Shown here: piece by piece, positions 34,318 to 42,951 of the stretch
Numbering within the stretch: position 1 is the stretch's first letter
How the letters are laid out: each line of letters begins with the position of its first letter
Assembly: GCA_030770535.1 (NCBI GenBank)
Contig: JASVEC010000141.1
Location: forward strand, 1-42,951
DNA length: 42,951 bases
Direction of reading: 5' to 3'
DNA from: Batkoa obscura
Taxonomy: Eukaryota
Program-made: the position numbers and the translations under genes
Notes under the pieces: generated by a model
What the model saw: only the letters and a program-made list of their open reading frames with translations
Database searches by the model: none
Told to the model about the DNA's origin: nothing

Positions 34318-36400
34318 ATGACTGAAGTAATTAAAAGTGGGTACGTTAATGTTAAGGAAGAAGGGTTGAGGTCCTGGATTTGGTCTAAGCGGTATATTTG
34401 TTTAAGAGAGTTGACCCTTTCTTTTCATAGAAATGAAGTAAAATTTTCACTACTTAAAATAACATATTGAGCTAATCTGCTTACAGCAAACCAGCCTTGC
34501 ATATGCTATAGTATTTTTAAAAGAAGTCACCGCTGTTAATAGAACTGACTTGAAACCATACTGTTTTGAAATTATTACAAAAGATAAAAGTTATTACATG
34601 ATGTGTAAAAATGATGATGAATTATATTCTTGGATTGATGCTATTTACTCGGTATTTTATTTTACTATTTTATGTAAGCATAATATTAAAATAACATTAG
34701 AAATCACCTGAGATGGGAGTATCCAAGCCCACAGACTTTGTACATCAAATTCATGTTGATTTTGATCCAACCAGTGGAATGTTTTCGGTAAATTAAGTTT
34801 ATACAATATAAGTTAAAAAATTCAAGCTTTTTAGGGACTTCCAAGTGAGTGGGCGAAACTTTTATCAAACTCAGCAATTACAAAAGAGGATTATAGCAAA
34901 AATCCACAAGCCGTTTTAGATGTTCTTGAGTTTTACACTGAACAAAACAAAAACAATATTTATGATACTAAGTGGGCCGGTCTTATTCCAGATTCTCAAA
35001 AGTCTGATTTTGTTCCCCAAAGGCCCGCCCCAGAAATTCCAAGCCACGTTAAAGAAGAAGGGGAGGTCACAAAACGCATGTCCAGTCTTTTTATTGATGT
35101 AATTTAATTTCACCTAATTTATGTTTTATTAATCTTTTATATAGAGGCCTAAAGTTAACGTAAACAATAATGTAAATCGGTTTTTTTATTTAAATAGCTC
35201 ATTTTCTAACTTCAAATAGCATAATGCTCCAACTGCAGCTGATCCACATGCTCTGGCATTAGCCAACTTAAATGGCTCTGGTTCAAAGCCTAAACCACCT
35301 AAAGCTCCTGAACAACGTTTATCTACTTTAAGCGAGCCTCAGCTTATGGAAAAATTGAAAACAATTGTTTCCAAGAAGGACCCCAATACTATTTATACCA
35401 AGATCAAGAAAGTGGGACAAGGGTAAAACATAAACATTATTAGATTAAAATTTTAACGAATTTTAGTGCTTCTGGATCTGTGTATGTAGCACGCAACAAT
35501 ATTTCCAACTTAAAAGTAGCCATTAAGGAGATGGACTTATCTAATCAACCTAGGAAAGAATTGATTGTTAATGAAATATTGGTCATGAAAGAGAGTCAAC
35601 ATCCAAACATTGTGAATTATTTGGATTCCTTTTTAGTTGGAAGGAATGATCTTTGGGTGGTGATGGACTTCATGGAAGGTGGTGCTTTGACTGATGTCAT
35701 AGAAGCTAATGCAATGACTGAGAAGCAAATAGCTACAATTTGCCTTGAAGTAATTTTTGTAGTTTTTATAATAGATTTTTATTAATCATTCATAGACTTG
35801 TAAAGGTCTTGAACATCTACATAGTCGTAATATCATCCATCGTGATATCAAATCAGATAACGTTTTACTTGATATCCATGGAAATGTTAAAATTAGTAAG
35901 GTTTTATTGTAATAAAAGGATATGATATACTAACAAGTTTATAGCTGATTTTGGTTTTTGTGCAAGATTGTCGGAATCTCATTCCAAGCGTGCTACAATG
36001 GTAGGAACCCCATATTGGATGGCACCGGAAGTTGTTAAGCAAAAAGAATACGGTCCAAAAGTTGATATCTGGTCGTTAGGTATTATGGCCATAGAAATGA
36101 TTGAGAATGAGCCACCTTATTTAGATGAAGAACCACTTAAAGCATTATACCTTATTGCTACTAATGGTACACCAACCCTCAAACATCCAGAGCTTCTAAG
36201 TGATGAGTTGAAATCCTTTTTAGCCGTTTGTTTGTGTGTTGATGTCAATTCACGTGCTACTGCGCCTATGTTATTAACTGTAAGTTAAACTTGTTTAATA
36301 AGTAGTTATTTTTAATACCTTTTTTTAGCATGACTTCCTTAAAAAAAGTATTCCAGTATCTCAGCTTGCACCTTTGCTTAAATTCCGTCAGTCTGAGTAA
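34318..36400 (+). CDS. CLA4: PAK kinase of Cla4/Skm1 type (PH-CRIB-kinase), multi-exon
   Basis: [39 protein letters not shown]. Kinase: [25 protein letters not shown] and GTPYWMAPE. Stop TAA at 36398-36400. Confidence 0.93.
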
Positions 36401-37070
36401 GTTGTGCCATGCTAACATTTTAAAATATAACCATTTTTATTATAATGATTATTTGAAATTTGATTTGAAATATTTAATAAGTCAAGTTTCTTCATTTTCT
36501 ATTCTTTCTCGCCTCCCAAGACCTATTTCAACCTTAAAGCCTAATTTTTATAAATATATATTTAGCTTTTTTCTATGTCTTTACGGTCTTAATACAATTT
36601 TCGCTTTTTTGTTTTGAATTTTGTTTGCTTTTGTGGTTTTTTATTACGTTGTAGTCAAAAATTTATTTTGTATAATGAAAATGCCATATAATCGTATATC
36701 TAATATTAGGACATTGAGTAAATAAAATTTATTCTAGTTAATATGAAAGTAGTTTTATTCTAAACAACAGTGAACCTTAAAAATAACATCGTAACTAGAC
36801 TTTACTTTATTATTATTTAAATAAACTTCCACTATTTATCAAATAAAAAGCGGCACTATTGTATGTAGATAGATAATTGTATTAAAAGTGTATAAAACTA
36901 TTTAAAAAACAATTTCTATTTTAGATTAAATAATGCCTTTTATTTTATAGTCATGTATTCCTAATCCAAATTTTAACCAATGAGGTTAAATCTCACCTCA
37001 TTATAAAATTTTAACTTTTCAACAAAGTTCAAGCAATTTCAAATATTATTATCTCATCCTCAACTAAGAG

Positions 37071-38572
37071 ATGAATTCCAAAAGTCAATCTAAGATATTA
37101 CTAGATACAACAAGTATTGAAGAAACGAGCAACAAAAATGATAAACTATTTCAAAACTCTATTGAAAGCCTTGACCTGATCTTAGAAAAGTTAACTCGTG
37201 ATAGAAATGCCATCAGCCAAGGAGGTAGGAGAGAAAATAAAATATAAAATCCAAAGCTAAAAAATTATATAGAAGTAGTCAATTTCAATGAAAGTGATAT
37301 TAAGCTTCTTTCTAGTGCTGCTGATGCCGTGATGCATAGTGGTAAAGATGCAAATACGAATGTGAATAAGCTGTATAAAGAATATAATAGTGTAATTAGT
37401 TTAATATATTTATGGTAAAAGGGATTAACCATTCAAATAGAAATTCATGTTAGATTTTAACCAAATTATTACGGAGGAAGGATATGAAGGAAAGGAGAAC
37501 CTAGTACTGGAACTGATATCAGAATATTTTATACGTCAAGGGTATTTTGAAGCTGCTAGAATATTTTCTCACGTACTTTTTTATCAAAATGATGTTATTT
37601 TATATTTAGATATAATGTTTTTTAGGAAGCTAAAATTATGTATCCCTCTGCTTTAAAGAGTAAGTTCAATGGGTTACATACCGTGCTTGATCAGATACGT
37701 CAGAGGAATTTGAATCCAGCAATAGAGTATATATTTTTGCCCTGCTTTTAGTTTAAGAATTAATGACGTTATACATAGATGGGCTAAAAATAATAGGGAG
37801 TTTTTGGATCGAAAAGGCAGCAATTTAGAATTTTGCTTACATCGAGTAAATTTTACCATGTTATATCAAGCGGGTAACTTTATGGAAGCTATGATGTATG
37901 GACAAGAAAACTTTGCTACATTCACCAACACCCATTTTAATGGTACAAATTTAGAATGTTTAAAAACGAGAATTTTATTTAATTATTTTTTATAGAGATA
38001 CAAAAACTTATGGGTATGTTATCTTTTTCCCCACAGCTTAAAGAGTCTCCCTATTATGAGTTTGCTAATACCAACCAATGGCCAGATATTGAGTATATGT
38101 TCACTAGAGATTTTTGTTCAGTGTTAGGGATTTCTCATGAGTCTCCATTGTACATAACGTAAGTTAATTTATTTATAAAATAGTAGTCTAACATTTGTAG
38201 TATTACGGTTGGAACAATTGCTTACCCAAAAATGATTAAAATGTTGAAATATACAAAGAAAACAACGGGTTGGTCCGAGATCGATGAGCTACAGGTAACT
38301 TGACTTTTTGATTTGTAAGTTTAAAAGTCTAAAAGCTTAAATTTTATAAGGCAGTTGCTGAACTATTAGAAAGCTGGAGATTTCATTCCATTTTTATATG
38401 TCCAGTTGATAAAGTACAAGCCTCAGACGATAATCCACCAATGATGATGACATGTGGTCATGTCATCTCTCAAGGAGCATTGCATAAAATCGCAAAGTTA
38501 AAAACTACCTTTAAATGCCCTTATTGTCCTAATGATTCTTCTATTACAGAGGTTAAAAGAATATACTTTTAA
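37071..38572 (+). CDS. RMD5: GID/CTLH E3 ligase RING subunit Rmd5/Gid2/RMND5, multi-exon
   Basis: LisH ISEYFIRQGYFEAA, SNLEFCLHR, FTRDFCSVLG...ESPLY, and RING FHSIFICPV...NPPMMMTCGHVIS...FKCPYCP. Confidence 0.9.
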
Positions 38573-38822
38573 GGTAATTTAAATAAGTATAAAAGCCATT
38601 AAGCTTGTATTATGACTTATTAGGGGCTGTATCAATGTTTCATTTTATATTATTATAAACGTTTATTTAAGTTTAATTGGGTATTATTTTGAAAGTTTAT
38701 TTCTTTTTTGCTAATTTATTTAAAAACTAAGAACAATGAAATTAGTTCAAAAACTAAAATAATCCACATTTAAAATTAAATATATTAGAGCTATTTTTAT
38801 TATGAACTTCAAATCGAATATT

Positions 38823-40352
38823 TTAAAGGAGACCAGAACGTTTAACTAATAGATAAAACCCGAAAGCAAGGGCGAACATGAAAACCAATATCCCAAAGAA
38901 CCAATAGTATGATTCGTCATCCTGACCAGGCACATGTACATTCATACCCCACAAACCAGTGACTACATTCATAGGCAAAAGAATAGATGCAATAGCTGTA
39001 AGTTTAGCCACAACATCATTGGTACGATTGGACACTTGAGTAAGTTCAATTGAAATCTGTGCCAAATAATTGGAATGCGCTCTAGCCAATACTTTTTCAT
39101 AATGTAATGAATTTTGAACCATAGTGACTAAATGATCTTGAATATCCCCCAAGTATAATTTAATATCTGAACCATTAGTGTGTCGGATACGCTCATCACA
39201 TCGCATAATTAAGGCTTTAATGACATCAGGTTTGGTTGTTAATAACCTTAATAGCATAGTCACTCGTTTACGCGCATGCCCAATTCGCCTTAACATATCT
39301 GATTGTTCATTCTCTTGTAAAATCAAAACTAATTCATCAATCGTATCTACTTCTAACTCAATATGTCTCATCATGGGAGCGAAAGAATCGGTAATATCAT
39401 CGATAATTGCATAGTTGATCCAATCGGAAGTAACATTAATAAAATCTTTAAGTTGAGAAATACGTTTTAAAACAGAGTTGACATGATACATCGGTTTTGA
39501 ATGGAAAGTAATAATCCCTTCTTTGAAAACTACATTATAAACATTTAACGGATCAAGGTAGTTAGGGGAATCTGAGTTTTGCTCATAAGCTCTAAAACAA
39601 ACAAAATAATATTGCTTAAATAATTCGCACTTTTCACGAATTTCTTCAGTTAAAATATCTTCTACTGTCAATGGATGGATACGAAAGATACGTGAGATAA
39701 CCTTCATTTCTGCTTCAGTGGGTGAGGTAACATCCAACCAAAAATCGCCTTGTTTAATAGCATCAACCATCGAGACGCCTAAACCTCCAAATTCCCAAAA
39801 ATTAGCTACTGAAATAATGCCAGTCATTTTAGAATAAAAAATAAACCTCTTTTCATCATCTACTTCCTGCTTAATTGAAGGATCATAATTTTTTGCTCCT
39901 GACTCAAAAGTATCAAATAAAAAAGGGGAGTAAGAAGTATCACCGGATAATATTTTCTCTAGACTGGTTAAATCGATTCCCCTCTCATCTTGATCCAATG
40001 GGAAACAAACATCTGCTTCTGGGTCCTCATCAAATTCTACTGATTCTGAAATGACTACTTCTGGTACCGTTAACCTATCTACAGCCTGAGATGCAGCTTC
40101 TCTATCCACTGAACTTTTGCGTCTTATCATGTTGTAGATTGAATTCTTTCTCCCTCTCCCTTCTTCTTTAACTTCGTTTCCTTTTTCGTTCTTACTGTTA
40201 CCAGAATCCGTAGAGCCTTTACGTTTCATAAATTGAAATCTGGAAGGCTTTGGTTCGTGTTCGTGTTCGTTATTGTTATCACTCATTGAGCTGCTGTCTT
40301 GTTCAATAGGGGAGTCAATTTTATAATAATTGCTGAAAGTTTCTTTTGGCAT
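38823..40352 (-). CDS. ALR1: CorA-family magnesium transporter, Alr1-like
   Basis: FWLDV, IHPLTVEDI, REKCELF, LYLGDIQDH and LWGMNV, with two C-terminal TM helices. Confidence 0.9.
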   Translation of the reverse strand: MPKETFSNYYKIDSPIEQDSSSMSDNNNEHEHEPKPSRFQFMKRKGSTDSGNSKNEKGNEVKEEGRGRKNSIYNMIRRKSSVDREAASQAVDRLTVPEVVISESVEFDEDPEADVCFPLDQDERGIDLTSLEKILSGDTSYSPFLFDTFESGAKNYDPSIKQEVDDEKRFIFYSKMTGIISVANFWEFGGLGVSMVDAIKQGDFWLDVTSPTEAEMKVISRIFRIHPLTVEDILTEEIREKCELFKQYYFVCFRAYEQNSDSPNYLDPLNVYNVVFKEGIITFHSKPMYHVNSVLKRISQLKDFINVTSDWINYAIIDDITDSFAPMMRHIELEVDTIDELVLILQENEQSDMLRRIGHARKRVTMLLRLLTTKPDVIKALIMRCDERIRHTNGSDIKLYLGDIQDHLVTMVQNSLHYEKVLARAHSNYLAQISIELTQVSNRTNDVVAKLTAIASILLPMNVVTGLWGMNVHVPGQDDESYYWFFGILVFMFALAFGFYLLVKRSGLL

Positions 40353-41723
40353 AGTTTAAATTGACTAATAGGGCATTGGGTTTTATGACTATCTTGAGTT
40401 AAAGTTGATAGCCAATAATAGAGTCTAAGTGGGGTAAATAGGAGTAAGAGAGAATGATTTCAATTTGATCTTTTTATAAGCATAGTCGTAAAAATTGTGC
40501 TTGAATCTAGAAGTTTTAATTTAGATAGACTTTGTCTTTATTTAGTAAAATGAGATCATAGTTAATCCATCCCATTACCCCAATTAGTGATTGTTTGGCT
40601 AATTTAACCATTCACTAATTTAATTATAATAAATTTAAAGTTATCAGATAAAATTTAATTTAAAAGATCCCAAAGATATGGAAGTCAGGTATAAATTATT
40701 TGATAATAGTTTTGATTCATCAAATCAAACATCCGTTCCTGACCCTTGTTACACAACAACGAATTTTTTAATTGCTCTGATTTAGTATAATAAAATATAT
40801 TTCATTATATTTAAATTATCAAGTCGAATTATAAATCTTAAATAAAATAGAACTCTTAGTCTATTTCACTTATGTCCTATATTTGTTTTAATGAAGGAGA
40901 TTTCAGTACAGTTTATACACTCAATATTTTATTATTTAACAATAAAAACAATATTGCGCTTATTAGCTAATTATATTCATTATTTAATGTATCCTTTAGG
41001 CTAAAATGTTAAATTAGAAAATGACTATTTTTTTTAAAGCAGAGTTGAGGTTGCTTAAGGTATATTAAGAACAAGCTTTAAAAGGAACTTTACAAGATTT
41101 CTTTAAATCTCTTGTAATATTTTGGAAAAACAATTACAATTATAAACTAATTTTTAATAAGGTTTAAAAGTGTGGCTTTCTTTCAAAGATAAATATAATC
41201 CTTTATGATACCTATAAATAGCTACTTTATTTAATTTGATCAAGATCTTTTTAATTAAATCAATACCAAATATATAAATCATTACTATTTTATAAATTGT
41301 ATTATTATATCTACAAAGAATACATGTATGAAGTGTTTATATTATTATTGATGGTTTTACGAATATATATATAATACTACTTTTATTTCAAATAAAGAAA
41401 ATAATACAGTATAACTAATAGTGACATTTTAAATTCATAAAAATAATTTGATTTTTAAAACTTGAATAAAAAGCTTAAAATGTAAAGATAAGTTATCACA
41501 AAAAAAATGATAATTTTGAAGCTACGAAACATACTTTTATATTTTATTATAGGTTATTTCATATCATTTAATCTGATAATGACATTACATTAAATTTATA
41601 TCAAAAACATCAACTAAAAAATTAATCCTATTATGAAATATTTAATGCATTTATCATCTCATATTTTAATTCTCAGAATAAAACCAAATGTAACATACTT
41701 ATATTAGTATAAAGACCAAAAGC

Positions 41724-42951
41724 TTACTGCGTGAGCTCAATGCTAAACTGGTCAATAACTCCTTTAAATGGGGAACTCAATAGCAGTGGATCAATTTCAT
41801 TCAAATTAACATTAGCATGTGCAAAGATTTGAACGGTACCCATAAACTCCCCATACCCATTTTGCCATATGTGTAAGTTGTCATAACGGTCAATAAAGGG
41901 TAATGAAGTAACCTAAAAAATTTAATAAGGAACTAATAAAGAACATTACTAAATTACATCATTCAAAGCCTTTTTTACTGGCGACTGTAAAAAGGAAGGT
42001 AAGGTATGCATTAGAATCATTGAGATTCTTATTGAAAGGGGAGTGGTAAGATATAAAAGCACTATGGCCTGCATAAGTGAGATCATTGAATCAAAAAATT
42101 CTGGATGAAATCTATGAATTGAATTAATGAGTGCTATACAATAAAGAAATTGCTTTACCCAAAAGTGTTATTGGTTAAAAGACAAAGACTACACATTGAA
42201 AAAAATAACGACGAAACTATAAAGGAGTTGATGGACTTCAAATGCTTAATCGAGGTTGATTTGTTTTTTTGGAATCGAACTATAAATATTGATAAAATAT
42301 TGGTTTATAAGTGTATTAAATTTAGCAAAAAAACCATGTGTTCTATAAGGAAACATTGTAGCAAGATATACGAAAATATTAATAATAATAGGGATACAAA
42401 GGTAATAGCTATGAAGTAAATAAAAAAAATAAACTTATGAATAAACAAGAAAATTACCCATAACCGAGGAACAAAGTGCTTGGGTTAATAGAATGGTCAA
42501 ACTCTCCCAAAAGTAAGGTCTCAAGTCCTTCCTTGATCATATTTATGGATGCAAATAGTCCGTAAATTACAGTAACAAAATTAACCACAATTTCAAATCG
42601 CTTTAAACTAGTCATATATAAGAGAAAGCGAAAATAGAAAAAATAATGACTTACCCATAAGGATATACGTTCGAGCTATCACTAATGCTAGGCTCGACCG
42701 TTAGCTTTGCTAAAAGTGAGTTTGCAAGTCCTAAGCTATCAAAGATAGTCACATAGCCAATACCAGCAAGAGCTTTGAAAAATATAGCTGTTGTAACTTT
42801 AAATAAAAAACAATTTACCTAAACTTTCCACAAAAATTGACGAAGTAAGAATAAAGAAACCCAATAATGTTTGGAGTATAGTAAACTGAAGTAATCTTTT
42901 GCAGTGGTTAGATTGGTGGGAGCCAATTCGCATTATAAGTTGGTAAAAACT
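41724..42951 (-). CDS. Cation diffusion facilitator, ZnT6/Zrg17-like, 5'-truncated by the window edge
   Basis: Manual splicing gives GYVTIFDSLG, YPYGLKRFEIVVNF, MIKEGLE and C-terminal NLHIWQ...GTVQI. Stop at 41724-41726. Confidence 0.7.

Noticed and set aside
36330..36617. 95-aa ORF after the kinase
   Set aside because: Out-of-frame overlap with the last CLA4 exon and its 3' UTR.
42150..42419. 89-aa plus-strand ORF
   Set aside because: Antisense to an exon of the CDF transporter.

Overview
Very AT-rich eukaryotic DNA with many short GT-AG introns. It most likely comes from an early-diverging fungus (an Entomophthorales/Conidiobolus-like guess from gene content, not proven). Host genes in order: cytochrome b5-fused front-end desaturase split by a +1 frameshift, CDC24, carnosine N-methyltransferase, intronless catalase, an ~24-intron Integrator subunit 2 (INTS2) homolog almost invisible to the ORF track, mitochondrial EF-Ts, a secreted histidine-brace LPMO-like protein with a Cys-rich CBM52-like tail, a mitochondrial ACP-like protein lacking the canonical DSL serine, CLA4-type PAK kinase, RMD5/GID2, an ALR1/CorA Mg transporter and a partial ZnT6/Zrg17-like CDF. 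Mobile DNA: a complete, very recent Ty3/Gypsy element (12411-19963) with identical 400-bp LTRs, a CCTT TSD, an A-AAA-AAC -1 frameshift and a degenerate dUTPase-like domain. There are also ~14 copies of a ~97-bp GGGGATGT...ACATCCCC MITE with 4-bp TSDs, including a triple nested stack. The best novelty candidates are the LPMO-like/CBM52 fusion, the fungal INTS2, the pseudo-ACP, the pseudo-dUTPase and the self-nesting MITE family. All homology calls rest on motif recognition by eye, without database searches.
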